From Octopus vulgaris (Eukaryota): DNA of 64,000 bases. The notes beneath the pieces were generated by a model. It searched no databases. It saw only the letters and a list, made by a program, of their open reading frames with translations, and was not told the DNA's origin. The stretch covers positions 64,170,001-64,234,000 of the forward strand of contig OX597825.1 of assembly GCA_951406725.2 (NCBI GenBank), written 5' to 3'. Positions 1-15,690 of the stretch are shown here, piece after piece (position 1 is the first letter of the stretch; the number at the start of each line of letters is the position of its first letter). The position numbers and the translations under genes are program-made.

Positions 1-1862
1 GATGCGGTATATGAATGTGTGCGTGTGTTGTCCATATATGTACAATAGGTTTATTAATAAAGACATTTGAGAGTTTAAAACTTTAAGTAGATCTCATCAA
101 ATACATAAGTAGAACTGTCTATAGTATATAGAAGTATACAGCTGAGTAGAAAGAAGACGTAACGTTCTCTCTTATTGCCAAACTAGAAGTGTCAGTTTTT
201 AAAACTTATATTTCACAAGGGGAAAAGACATTAACCTTATGTCAGGAATTATCTGAAACGCTTCGATAAGATAACTACAATATAATCTTTATGAATTGGA
301 GATTGATGCTTCTAATATAAGTTAATATAACTTTATAATTGAAAAGCGGTCAGACACCGAGACTGCTGAATATTAAAGAACAACCTGAAATCAGGGATCC
401 CTGCGAGATTATTTTGTTAATCTAGCAGACATACATATGAAAACCTTCAAAAATATATCATTACGTTCTTTTGCGTGATCTAAATGTGAGGTTAAGCAGA
501 AATAATGTAGCATTAAGATAGAATTACTTCCTTTTGGTAAAGTAAACCATTAATGAACCGAGGAACTACTCTTTCTTATATAGAGAGGGTAAGGAGAAAA
601 TCCATCTTGTATCTGAAAATTTACTTTTTGATGTTACCAACTTAGAATCATTTACGCCGTTTCTTTCGTTTGCATGTTTTTTAAGTATTGTTGTAAGTTG
701 CATCAAAGTAGATAATGACTTGATTTCATAGCTAGTTTGACCTCTCTGATCTCCAGTCTGGCACCGATGATATGATCCTTTCAACGGAGTTGTAATAGCA
801 AAGTGCCAGTAAAGAGTAGCCTTCGGCGAATCGGTTTTAGCGAAAAGTAACGCTTGTCAGTAATCTACACCTAATGTACCACTCATAATGAAAATCTGAC
901 AGAAATTCTAGGTGACTGCCATATTCTATAATATCAAAGTTTTTACAAATTATTCCTTTCACAGAATTATATTGGATAAAGTTCGCTTCGTCTGTTGCTT
1001 CACTTACAATCAATTACGCTTACAATCGACGTCATACCACTGAAACAGAAATGGTTGTATATAGTGCGATCGTATATATATATATAGATAGCTCATTGCA
1101 TATATACACTCTTACCTTCTGACCCTGGAAAGTTGCGATTCAGAATGAAGTGGCTACTTCATGCATGTCAATTTTGCTTGCATTAAATATCATTAACATT
1201 TTCCATTATACATTTTTCATGTATTAGCTTTTATTTATACATTAGATACGAAAGTTGTAATATGTATACCGCTATTGATTGCTTTGAAGAGATGAAAGCA
1301 ACAGGGGAATGGGTACCAACTTCTTACAGACACGTGTATCCATATAGAAGCTTTAAAAATGTCATTTTCATTTACATCTTAGTTTTAGTAAGGTTATTTT
1401 CGAAAAATTAATCAAGCATCAGCAGTTTCTCATTTAGCTCCTTGCTTCTTGCATACGTATATTAATGTTGTTTACCTCAGACTACGCCTTTGTTGATTGG
1501 TTTTTAGTGAAAGGCGTTTCAAAATTCTCAATATCGAACACAGTTTATATCATCTTAAATTGGGAGGATTTATATAATATAAATCAGAATATATATTTAT
1601 ATATGCGTGTGTGGATGTTTGAGGACGTGTGTGAACATGAGGAAAACTATGTAAATGTATATGCATTTTTATTTAAATATATGAATACAGATACACACAC
1701 ATATATTTAACTGCTATTTCTAAATTTTGGTTATGTAGTTGAAAGGATATTTGGTTATTATGTCTAGTTGGCTAATTAAGTAATTTTATCGATCTCGATA
1801 TGATGAAATATCATATTATTCTACTATATGTGTGTGTCTTTGTTTATGTGTGTTTATGTATA

Positions 1863-1907
<45 letters not shown>

Positions 1908-2734
1908 GGAGGGGTGTTTGTGTGTGTGTATGTATGTACATAAATATATGCGTACATATATTTATCTATGCATTAGATACTGCTATCTCGCAATACAATC
2001 ACATCACAACGAAGATGAAATGGTTTATTTCTATCGCTTTCATTAAGTAATCACCTGCCTTATAATCCAAAGGATTCGTCTATGAAACTCCTTTCCATTA
2101 TATCATGATTTTATAAAACGCATAAAAATGGGAAGTGATAATAACTTTAGCTGCAATTTTAATAATTAGTCTAAGCGGGTGGGTTAAGGTTTAGGGTGTC
2201 TGGTGCAAGAACATAATGTATATTCTCTGTACCCTTGATCAATGGGGTTCATTTAATGTTCATCCAATCTAATTAATGTGAGGTTTCTGGCACATCTTTC
2301 ATAATGACGCTGCCTTAGTAGTGCCAGGACCTATGAATAAAGGTATTAAGATCTATTAATTAAAAAGAAATGCTAAAGAAATTGAATCAATTTATACATA
2401 TCCAGTACGATCAATTACTGTTAGGAATTTGAACATAAGGAACATGAAGTATATGATTGGGTTAATTTAAACCCATGTCGCTCTTCGCTGAGTTTACTTA
2501 TTTTACTGTATTTTAACTCAGGACATGCAGTCAGAAGAATGTCGCTATGCGTTTTGTTTTCCGCAGTAAATATGCTGCCAAGTAGACGCCTTAGTATCTA
2601 AAAAATAATTATCAATTTTACCAATACGTTTGGTGCGTTTTGAGAAACATTTGTTTTACTTTTTATCTCTTCCATCCTAAATGCTCTCCTTCATTCATTC
2701 TCTTAATGAATAATGTTAAACAAACACACACTCG

Positions 2735-2795
<61 letters not shown>

Positions 2796-3231
2796 ATCAA
2801 TAATAATAAAGGGTAAAATTAATTAATCAATTAATAATTAATAATTTTAACAAGTAGTTCGGTATGTTAAAAGAACCATTATCGGTAACCTTATACCTGC
2901 GTGAGTTGAGAGTATTACTGTCTGGGAGATATCTTATTGGAGTGGAATAGTATTTAACTGCTATTTCTAAATTTCGGTATGTGGTGAAGAAATTTTTCCT
3001 GAACCCTAATTATAATTGTGCTTATAATTATAGACTTTATATATATATATATATGAAAGAATGAGCAGAGATGGTTTTAACTCAGTGTAAACATCATTAT
3101 TAAGATTAAAATAAAAATTATTGCATCAAAAGAGCCATCTCTACTCATTCTTCCAAATATATATATATAATAGTGTACCAAGAACTTTCTCTTTATTATT
3201 CTACTATATGTGTGTGTCTTTGTTTATGTGT

Positions 3232-3266
<35 letters not shown>

Positions 3267-3444
3267 CATACGTGTGTGTGTGTGTGTGTGTGTGTTTGTG
3301 TGTGCGTGTGTGTGTATGTACATAAATATATGCGTACATATATTTATCTATGCATTAGATATGTATATATGTATTTATATACATCAGTCACTTACTTTGG
3401 TTGAAGGCCAGAGATTTTAAGAGAAATGAAAACCTAGTTCTCAA

Positions 3445-3547
3445 CTGCTACTTATTTTATCGATCTCGATATGATGAAAAGCAAAGTCGACGTCGGTGCA
3501 ATTTGAACTCATTTTCGCCGGCGTGCTAATAGTTCTGGCAGTCTGCG
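3445..3547 (-). mobile_element. Diverged Nin/Deu-domain-like SINE fragment
   Basis: ttttatcgatctcga...gatgaaaagcaaagtcgacgtcggtgcaatttgaactc is the reverse complement of the core and B-box. Confidence 0.65.
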
Positions 3548-4302
3548 TTATATATGGAGATGTATTGAAATATTTGCGTGTATGTGTGTGTGTGTGTGTG
3601 TATTTGTGCCTATGTGCGAGTGTCTGTGAGTGTGTGTATGTGGGTATGGTCACTGTCATCTCAGACAGGAAACACGTGAGAGTTTAAAATTTTAGACTAG
3701 GAAATATATTTTACACGAGGATAAATAGAATTCTATATCAGATACTTGCCATGACTAATCTTTCACTGTATACTTCAATTCCTACCACCAATATTTGCCC
3801 ATTTGCTAATGAATTGTACGGTATTTCCAGTAGCATTAATTAAGAGAGACAAAGGTCATTTTAGCTTTTCTCAAAGGAGATAACCAAAGTTTCGACATTC
3901 TGTTATATGTGACAAGAACTGATGCATTACATATATTATTCATGCGTTGCGATGCATTTTGCACTTTGTTCTAAAATATCCTGCGGTACACAATAACTCT
4001 AAATCATATAATATAATAAATATATGATATAATATAATATATACAATATATTATAATACTACATATATATATATATATATATATATACATACATGAGTAC
4101 GTGTATGTGTATACGGACTTATTAACAAATATATATCGTTTAGAGATACCGATATATATATACGTATGTGTGTATGTGTATGTGTACACACCCGTTTTCG
4201 TCTTTTGTTTTTTTTTGTAAATTCTAACTATATATATATATATATATAATATATATGTATATTTATACTTACATATATATACATATATATCTATATATGT
4301 AC

Positions 4303-4410
<108 letters not shown>

Positions 4411-4442
4411 TTATATATACGTATGTTTATAAGATTGAAAAG

Positions 4443-4493
<51 letters not shown>

Positions 4494-5146
4494 TTAGATA
4501 GATAGATTATCAAATGATCCACCATCGTTTGCTGTCTACCACTCTGCACATTAAATTTCCGGGTATTCACATATGCGTATGAATATTCACACACATATAT
4601 ATTTGCGACTATATATGCAAATATGTACATGTATACGTATATATATATATGTAAGTAGGTATGAATATTTCTACTTATTTCTTTATGAAAAGATTAAGAA
4701 AGTTGTGTACGTGTTCATAGTACAGAATTATATTACATTGTTATATTCAATCCCGATAATGTACCCAAATGTGTTTGCAAATCTGGTACAAGTATTGATC
4801 TCTGCTGATAATAAATTTAATAGAAATTCAATTTTTATTAAATTGTTTGATAGCAAAAATGAAACAACCGAACCATACTTAACAATAGAGATAAATATGA
4901 GGTTATATCAAATCATATCCAAGAAACAAATCTTATCTGTGATATTTATATCTCTTTTAGAATCACTATTAATATCCTTATGAATAGCTTCAGTTATTTC
5001 ATGCCAGAGTAAGTTATTTAGAAGGCGGAACCAACAAGTTACACTTGGACTAACTTTGGCAAATAAATACAAGGAAAAATCTCATTGTTATATTAATTGT
5101 TACTGTCGTTAAAACTTATATCTCGTTGCCCTTTGCTGTTAGACAG

Positions 5147-5197
5147 GTCACTGGCTACAGGCGGTGTTGTGTGGAATTCTTAGCAGCAGTCATTCAA
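5147..5197 (+). other. Weak candidate short exon (51 nt)
   Basis: ctttgctgttagacAG|...CAA|GTAAGA, with locally higher GC. Confidence 0.2.
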
Positions 5198-6420
5198 GTA
5201 AGAACCGATACTGGATTATCTATACATTCAAATTTATCGCTTGCTTTACGATCACGTGCAAATATCGATCTGTTTAATAGCATTGTTAATTATAAATTAG
5301 GTAAAATATCTGGACAATTACTAGACAATTCCGTTGCACTCATCGTCGAATCCCACTACACTGGTTTTCCATTTCGTTATCATACATATTCTAGTGATTA
5401 ATATATTCAATCTCTAATTGTGTTTATTGATGAAAGGAATGACAGCTCAGGAAGTGTGAATGCCCGCGTGGAGTGTGAAATGTTTCAATAGAATCTTGTG
5501 TTAAGCGTTTTGTGTTCTTATTTTTATTAATGTTATTGTTTAACTCCAGGTCAGCCCTGATTGAGGAGAATCGTTATTACGGGCAAATTAGACCCGCCAC
5601 AATGAATGAATAAAGACACTCTCCAATGTTTTGTGTATTAGAAAACGGTCACGTGAGTTGCTAGATTTAGCAAGTCAACCAACAGTGAAGTTGCACACAT
5701 CTTAAATAACCAATTTAAATTTAGTAGGTTTCAACTATAAATAGAACATAAGAATTAGATATCAACCGGCATAGATATTATTTCGAACGAGGCTATATAA
5801 TGCTGATTACACTAGTTATTCTGGAATAATACAGCACTGGCTGTATATATGCATTATTTCTATTCCATCTTTCTATTACATATATTTTTTTCTGATACGT
5901 ACGACATAATACTTCATATGCCACTCTCATATCAAGGATTTGATTTTAAGAAATACGTTAAGATGAACATAAATTAGACTTTAGATTGAAACAATTCAGT
6001 TTTCTCTTGAAGTGGAATTGGAGAATGCATTCTGAAACCCTTAGATTCCTTTGAGAAGTGCAATGACGGTATGAGTGGAGCACCTTCTAATATGGAATAG
6101 CATAATTAAAATCAGTATAAGCAATAATCGCATTTACATATATAAACATTGAAAAGTATATGGAATTCAACGATTTCACGTTCCATCTATTTTACGTAGT
6201 AATAGAGGATTTGCAATCGTGTGTTTGACGATTTCAAACTTCAGTAATTCACGTTGTATAATTTATGAAATTGAAGCATTTCAGACGGAATATCAAAACC
6301 GATTTTAAGAGGTTTCTATAATTATCAAACCGTTTATATTTTCAAGTAATGAATTTACGTACGGATGTACTATCTCGTAGGCGCGTTAGTGGGCGGCCGT
6401 GTGCGTGCGAGGGCGTTTGC

Positions 6421-6965
<545 letters not shown>

Positions 6966-7154
6966 TGTATAGACACCGGGATTACGTATATAAATATTGT
7001 AATAACACTTTCAAGCATAGAACAAACCATGTTCCTGGTGGATATATAATAGATACATATGTGAGAAATAATTGCGATTTAGTTGCATTAGGTACTTAAA
7101 TTGAAGCACCAAGTCAGTCCGGCATTATCCGCACAGCTCGCAGTAACGTGCATC

Positions 7155-9081
7155 AAATCAAATTAAGCAACAGGATATCAAGTAGTGATGCTGTACGACC
7201 GTTTCAAGCGATTTCATTTAATTGAACAATGCAATTTGAATGCACAAATAGATAAATGGAATTTTCAGAAAGGAGACATTGATATTTTTCTCAAATATTT
7301 TAATAGAGAAAATGCAAGAATTTCATGTTGTCGCTAAGAATAGACTACACTCCTAACAATCGCATGGAGCATAGTGGGGGTCATAGGGTTGTAAGTGATT
7401 GTAATTCATTTATAATTCATTTATCTCTTTATTAACTACTGAAGACTAGAAGACTGTCTATTTTGAATAAAGGACAAGAATGAGTTAACAGCTCATTGCT
7501 AGGTATGGTCATAAATATTATCATATGTATCCCTTTTCCTCAGGGAGGAAATAAGACATTAGGTGTAGTCAGTTGTATAGTAACTGTCTACAAAAAGAGC
7601 CAGACTAGACGTTAAATAATGATCTTAATGACAAGTTAAAGGGGCAAGACGCCAAGAAACATAAAATGTTAAAACAGAGGAAATGTTATTTTGGGGCGCT
7701 ATGAGTGATTATTTATAAAGAATAGTGTTATGTTGTATAAAAATAAAATTTTGGAATTTTTTAAATGTTATCATAATGAAAATAGGTAAAAGGTGTGTAT
7801 TTATCAATTATAAATATTAAAAAGGAAGATTATATTGAATCACTTTTCTATTCATGTACTTAATTAAGTTAAGTTAAGTTAAGTTAATTACTTAGGTGAT
7901 TTCTCTAAAGACTGCTCAGGGCATTTAATTATGGAATAACTGGAAAGATATACATGCTATCTATTTATTTTAAGCCATGAATCAGAAAAATGTGAAGATG
8001 CATACAGATACACACACATTTATATATGTCCATAAATGCATATATACACATACACAAATATTTATACGTTTATATGGATATAGTATAAATACCTCGCATA
8101 AACTGAAAAAATGTCTATTTAAGAGCAAGAAAAATAACAATTTATAAGGGGTAAGAGGTTAATAAGTAAGGATATCAAAATAATAAAAAAATAATAAGGA
8201 TATATAGAAAATAATAAGAAATACATACAACCTACATATAAAGAAACACGGGATCAAAATTAGAGGTAAGGAAGAAATAAAGGTAATCCGAAAAGAGGGG
8301 ATTATAGGTATAGAAGTACTGAAGGTAGTTAAAGGTATTCAGATCAAAGAGAATTTATAAGGTGTAATGTAACAGGTGTTATGGCATTATGATTTTATAG
8401 TTTCTAAGGGGTTAATGATTCAGTCGAAAGTAGACTTGCTTACATAAAGTCATTACAAATATACATAATATGATCATTAGGGTAGAACATCATAGAAAGG
8501 AAAATGGCGTAATCATCACCAAATTAGGATGAAGTCAGGCTAACTGAGCAGGGGTTATCATGGGATAGTATTATATATAGCACTTCACATACCCTAACAT
8601 ACAGCTTATAAGATATGCAATGCAATCTATTTCACGATATAACATATACCATGATTTTATGATATTTAATAAGAGATGCTAAATTTACAATGGATACGAC
8701 AGCAAAATTAATTTCCACAATCAAAGTTCAGGTATGGCATCTATAATCGTTAATTTAAAAAATACTTAAATGTACGGATGACGCTATGCATGCCGATACC
8801 GATACCCTTAAGTCTAATCTATTATTAATCAGGTTGTTATTTACCTATACTTAAAAGTCTCATACGTTTGCATAAAACATATCTCATAACCATATTCACT
8901 ATCTCTATCAAAAATCATTCAAAACATCATTTATGTGTTCTACTTGTTAAAATTCCATTTATTTGTTTGTGCATAAAGATGGCACTGCATTTAAATTGAT
9001 GTAATGATTGCATTGTTCAATTAAATAGAGTTGATTCAAACGGTCGTACTGCATCACTACTTTATACCCTGTTGCTTATTT

Positions 9082-9085
<4 letters not shown>
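7155..9085. repeat. ~85 bp inverted repeats (7155-7240 / 9005-9085) bracketing ~1.75 kb of AT-rich sequence
   Basis: aaattaagcaacaggatatcaagtagtgatgctgtacgaccgtttca...tttaattgaacaatgcaat has its reverse complement at 9005-9085. Confidence 0.75.
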
Positions 9086-9122
<37 letters not shown>

Positions 9123-9123
<1 letters not shown>

Positions 9124-9640
9124 GTTTAAATATTTGTTGTGCAAGATTTTTTATGTGAAGTCTTGTGTTGAAACAGATATTGTTATATTTCGGAATGGTC
9201 ATTTTGCCAGTTTAGCTAATAAAAACACACGCACTATATATTTGGTGTTACTTTGCTTCAGTGTTATTTATTTTTTACATTAATCTTAATCTTATTTCGG
9301 CCAGAGTTCTTTCGTCACACTCCTGTGACCGCATCAGTGGTCCTTTGTTTTCTTCTTACTTATTTGTGTCTCTCCTTACTAACCGTCAGCCATTTTGTAT
9401 TTCTATTGATAGAAATACAATAGAAATACAAAATGGCTGACGGTTAGTAAGGAGTGACACAAATAAGTAAGAAGAAAACAAAGGACCACTGATGCGGTCA
9501 CAGGAGTGTGACGAAAGAACTCTGGCCGAAATAAGATTAAGATTAATGTAAAAAAAAATAACACTGAAGCAAAGTAACACCAAATATATAGTGCGTGTGT
9601 TTTTATTGGCTAAACTGGCAAAATGACCATTCCGAAATAT

Positions 9641-9648
<8 letters not shown>
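9123..9648. mobile_element. Penelope-like pLTR end duplicated as an inverted pair (near-perfect palindrome) inside (TA)n
   Basis: Arm 9177-9408 is the reverse complement of 9418-9648. Each arm has a hammerhead-like motif followed by ATG (MTIPKYNN...). The Penelope assignment is inference. Confidence 0.7.
9483..9527 (+). ncRNA. Hammerhead-ribozyme-like motif with variant core (mirror copy at 9299-9343 on - strand)
   Basis: cca-CTGATGC-G-GTCAC-aggagt-GTGAC-GAAA-gaac-TC-tgg gives type-I geometry, minimal helix III and an A9>C change. Confidence 0.5.
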
Positions 9649-9706
<58 letters not shown>

Positions 9707-10033
9707 GCTCCGTGGGGATAACTTTGAATGTCATCTGGCATCCGATTGCATAGAATTTATGCGATCTCATACCATCGATTGAACGATTATAACATTGTAA
9801 AATTTGAGGATTACTGTGCGTATGTCTGTGAATATATCTTTGCTTGCACGTAGTTGGCGGAAACTGAAACAAGCTTGTATTATATATATACGTATATATT
9901 CAGTTACGTGTCTTTATGTCTGTGCTTACTTCCTATCACCGCTTCACAAACGACAAGGATTTTTCACACACCCGTCTCTTAAAGAGTAATGAAAAATAGA
10001 CTAGTAGAATAAGCAGTAGACTAAAAAGCAAGT

Positions 10034-10097
<64 letters not shown>

Positions 10098-12635
10098 CTG
10101 AGTGAACTGGAGCAATATGAAAAATGGAATTCACTACCTCATGACTATGAGCCTGACTCTCTAACTACTGAACCTTCATCATATATGCCATATACATCGT
10201 ATACTAATACACACATATACATAATTATAGCATTATATACAAATGCAAGTAGCAAATGAAATCTAAGTCTACAGAGAATATTTCCACTATTTCTTGAAAG
10301 AGCCTTTGAGCAACTTTCAAGCGAATCTGATTTCTTATCGATGCAAACCTTATTACTTTCCACTACATTCCTGAGCTCTGAACAGTCATGATACCATGAT
10401 ATCACACTGGATTTCCTCATTGATATCGTTAATATTTTTGCGAGTTTGCCTCTATCATATTTACTGCTGATGTCACGACAGATTTTCGTAAGGATCAGTG
10501 AAATTATTCTTCTCAATACAACGATATTATGATCGACATCTAGAAAGTATTGCTATTAAGGAAACAATAAAACAAAGACTGTCTGAAAATAAAACTGAAG
10601 AAACAATTCAAAACGTGACTAAAATATGGAAACAGTTGTAATGCAATTTTGTGAACATTTTTATGTTCATAAATACGTACATATACATATACAAACATGC
10701 AAACACACACTAATAGTTTTAAAATATTTAAAACTCCTCACGATCGTTTCGTGAATATACTTAATCTTAAAATGAAACGTAAAGTTGATAAGCATCGTTG
10801 GGAAGAATCAACACTAATTAAGCAGTTCGAAAAATCTATTGATGTATATATTTTCATAAAACATATCAAACCGCATACAATTCATTTGCTTTGTCCAACC
10901 TATTTAAGTCAAAATACTCCGCTTTTCGATCAAAGACCACCTCAAGTCTTTGATTTAAGACTCTTCAGATTGTGCATTATCTACAGTAGGCCAAATAATT
11001 TGGCATTCGTGAGAATTTGTTTCATGGAAGAACTATATAAATTCAAGAAAGCCGAAGCATATTTTCTGTCCAGGTTGATGAACATTTGGTGATGCTTGTA
11101 ATAACTGTACTTGAATGTGATCTCCTTTTCCTCAACACATAGATTAGGTGTTGATCACTGCTATTTGATTCACTCTTTGCACTCTATATCATCAACTTTG
11201 ACTGGGAGTTACTCTCTATTTGGAGAGTTTTCACAAATTATACAATTACATGATCTTTCTTCGCTAGCCCTTTGCATCTATCTTCTTTTCAGCTTCATGG
11301 TATAATAAATGTTCCCTAAATCTATCTCACTTATGACCGTAACAATTTCTCGATAGGCCACCATCACGATATAAACCACGGTCTATTTCAGGAAATTTTA
11401 TTCTCAGTACATTTAGAATATATAACCCTATAATTTCATTTACCTGGCCTCCATCATATACACTCATTGAAATGTTGAAAAATTCGGCCCTGCATTAAGA
11501 ACTCATGTATGTATCGTTAAGAACATGCATCGTTATTGAACAAATCAGAAATCGTATTCGTAAGTACATTATCATGTCGGTGTCTGACACACTAATATCA
11601 GTGATTGCTTGTGCACAGTTTAAGGCCTTCATTAACAGGATTTGGAATGTAAAGAGACAAGAGTCACACTACTGCAGTTTACTTTCTCTTTTATTCCCTT
11701 AAACCATTCCAGCACATCTAAAGTGGCAAACCATCATCTTAAAGATGAAACTGCTTTTACACTGAAAATGAGTCTCCCTAATATCTTTTTACTAACTATG
11801 CCCAACATAGTTTCTGGGTTAAACAATCTACACTTAGAAATATTTCTTGATTAATAGACTTATAAACCTAATTTCGAAACTTCCTTAAATCATTTGTTAT
11901 ATTATTATGTGTTGTAGGACCCATATTATATGCATTTCTTGTCTTATTAGAGGAATCATACAACAATTCTGATTTGCATAGATATTCTAAATGTTCATTC
12001 AACTGACTTGCAAAGCTGTTTTCCACCCTATGTAACATGATTAGTAATAAGAGGTTTAAAAGATCCCCTTCAAATTTTCCAATGCTAATCCTGTGCGGTC
12101 GGTTCTGGAGTGTTCTCAAGCCAAATTGTTCTTCTTTACAAAGCCTAGGATCTCCGCTTTTGAAGAAACGAATAAGTTACCCCAATATTCTAATAACGTT
12201 TTCATATAACACTTACACGTGAAATTTATTGTTTTAGACCGAGAACTGATATTGTGGTTTATTCATTATCAGTTCTATGTATCCGTCTTCATACAGGGTT
12301 CTACTATTGGCTAAAAACCTATGCAAATCTCTGGTGATTCCACAGAAGCAACATATAACGGGACTCGATACAAATGTTGAGTATATTTTCATACATTATA
12401 ACAGGCTCTGATTTCCAGTACTCGGTGTTGCTCGATTCCGATCAACAGCCGGTAAACCGACGAACCCGGTTTTATTTTGAATATCCACCGTCTGAATATG
12501 TTATGGAAAGTGAAATTAAAATTGTATGAAGACGCTTATCCTTACGCCCTTTCGTCTAAAAATATTTGTGAACGCCACGTGAAAAATCAGCTGCTTCATG
12601 CTTACGCGTTCGGTTTCACTTATACGAGTGTTCCA

Positions 12636-12716
<81 letters not shown>

Positions 12717-12993
12717 GGGGTTTGTACGATTGTGTATAGAGGATATATATAGTATTCAAAGAAATTCCAACTTTGTTTTTTATATTTTATTTATATTCTT
12801 TATAATATTAATGTAGAATATAGAATATATAGCATAAATAATATATATATATATATAGTATATATATAGTAAAATGAAATGAAGTATTGATTGTCTTATT
12901 GAATAGGTGAAATATTGAATATAAAATATAAAATATAATGGGATTAGTATACTTTCTTGCATTATAGCAGTCTTTAAGGTCCCAGGTCCAGGC

Positions 12994-13065
<72 letters not shown>

Positions 13066-13455
13066 GCAGAAAAATAACTACAACAGGGATACATAAGAAT
13101 AGGCTATACCTTCTCCTTAGCTTCAAGCTGTTGCGGCAATAAGGAAGTCTGCACACATTGTCGAATGCCATGTCACACGTCATATTTCAGAGCGTGTAAG
13201 ATAATGTAGAAGATTGCATAACACTGGTTGTCTTGTAAATCATTTTTTACTCTATGTTATGCTGCATAGATATTTTGTGATGCATGGAGATTAGACGTCA
13301 GTTAATTAAAACTGTCTCATCACTGGATTTTAGTATTAATATAACTTATAAGTGCATTAATCTCTAACAACTGGTTATTATTCCAGCTGTAGAAAGCAGT
13401 ATTTTGCAAACACGCACGCACCCTCCCCACACACATAATATATATATATACATAT

Positions 13456-13740
13456 ATAGGGTGACTGAAAAGTAACTCCTTATTTTAAAATACTTATAAA
13501 TTATTTATTAATTGTAATTTTTTTCAAATATTTTGTTTGATTTTTGAAGAACGTGAATTTTCGTTTATAATCGTATTGCTTTTATTGTTGGGGAATATCT
13601 GAATGCCCACTGTTCCATGGTATGGACAGGAGTCCCTACTTAACACCTTGTGAATTCTTTCGTTGGGGTTGGTGAAAGGAACAAATCTACTGTACCGAAC
13701 CAGAGACTTTGAAAGGGAGTTACTTTTCAATTACATTGTA
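13456..13740. mobile_element. Tc1/mariner-type MITE
   Basis: Inverted ends agggtgactgaaaagtaactcc (~13458) and ggagttacttttcaattacattg (~13717), both abutting TA. Confidence 0.65.
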
Positions 13741-13944
13741 TATATGTATGCATGTATGTACATATATATGTGTGTGTTTGTGTGTATGCGTGCGTGCATA
13801 CGTGAACTATGTATATAAGTATGTATATCGTTATTCAGTTTATTTTAAGATTTGTTGCCAATAGAGAAAGAACTAATTTCTAACCTATATCCAAGGCTCT
13901 TCAATGGAATTACAACAGCGTATTTTTGCATTTATTTTTTATAT

Positions 13945-14095
13945 GTACGTATGTATGTATGTATGTATGTATGTATGTATGTATGTATTATGTATGTATA
14001 TATGTATGTATTTACCTATGTTTGTATGTATGTATGTATGTATGTATGTATGTATGTATGTATTTACCTATGTTTGTATGTATGTATGTATGTAT
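13945..14095. repeat. (TATG)n microsatellite
   Basis: Directly visible. Confidence 0.9.
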
Positions 14096-15264
14096 ACGTG
14101 CATATTTGTATTTCTTTTTTGTATGTCTTCCGCATATATTTACATATCTAGACATGCTCATATATATTTAATGAACTTCTGGAATGTTTTACAGACTTTT
14201 ACAGTTCCAGTGTTGGATTGGATCTGTAGTTTTCGAATCAGCTTTCTCCTTCGTTGTTTTGGGAAGCCTAATTTCTCAAGATTGGTATTTAGGCAGTGTG
14301 TTACATATAGCCCCAATAACTGCAGGTATAAACCTGAACTTATAATCTGGATATGTATGTATACAACCAGAAATATAATAAGTATCGGGAAAGTGGAAAT
14401 AGCCTTATTGCATCTGATCCACTGGATTTGTTATCCATTCCTGGCTTCTAGTTTCCCTGTGTTTCATTTTCAAATATCTTTAAAATCAACTTAGTCTTTC
14501 GTCATTTCTCGGTCGACAAAATTTGGACCAATCACATAACTATAAATTTTCCTTATTTTTTCTTCTTCTTGTATGTCTTGTATGTCAATATATTTCTTGT
14601 AGCATTTGGCTGTATTGCTCCATTATAAATCGAACGTATAAGGTATTGCTTCAAACAGCATGCGCCTCGAATCATATAACTAAAGACGGACATATAAAGA
14701 AGCTGCAATGTTTCTAAAACACAGCAATCGTAATGTAACAAGATAGAATCCACGCTACCTTTTTATGATTCAACTGCCATGAATATAAAATGTTTGCCTA
14801 CATAGAATATGTATATTTCATTTGTCAGTCAGGTGTTCCCTTCACGTTGTTCACCAATAGAATATTTGCATAACCTGGATCAGTCTCATAATTCGTATGA
14901 ATCCAAATAACAACCTCATGTTGATCATTAAACAAGTGATAAGCAAGTCAAGAAAATGGTGATAGTCGCTCCATCATGCTACATGTAGCAATAAAATCTT
15001 GATTAATTACACATTGTATATCGAAAATTAGGGTCTATTTTGCATTAGTTGTTCCCAATTATGAAATTACAGACAGAAAGGTTCGACGGTCTTTGACAGA
15101 ATATCTTTAGGACTTAGAGCTGTTTTTAATCAACAAAGACAACGTTTCCTGAGAGAGATAAGTAAGAAAGACAGAGAGAGAGAGAAATACCATTGTCTAC
15201 AATTATCTAAGATGTGTGTGTACATATGTATGTGCGTGTGTGTATGTTTATATGTGTATGCGCA

Positions 15265-15331
<67 letters not shown>

Positions 15332-15690
15332 ATGTAAAGAGTAGCTCTAATTTTCCAATATCAAATTTCAGACAAGTGAAGCAGACAATTTTTTCTGCTT
15401 AACACATTCATCATGATATCTACTCAGACTTGATGAACATTTATAAGAATTTGCTTCAGGCACCAACGACGCATTAGACATGCAGTTGTAAGTTTTGTGT
15501 TTTATTATATATGCATATATTTATTTATTTATTTAATGAATGTTACATGTCTGTCTTCTAATCCAAAATACCTTTCAAATACCCAAATTTCTTCTAAGAC
15601 TTTCGAATAAAATTTGATATCTGTTATTAATTGTTACCACATACTTTCAGCGAAAGTAAGTTTCTTGCGTTCTCTTCGTTTTGTGCACAG

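Noticed and set aside
150-900. Possible Helitron remnant on the minus strand (GQTSYE...TCK)
   Set aside because: The resemblance is too weak to call without an HMM search.
10145-12200. Non-repetitive ORFs (123 aa, 131 aa, 83 aa); faint hAT- or RT-like remnants
   Set aside because: No intact motif or convincing splice sites; probably very old TE debris.
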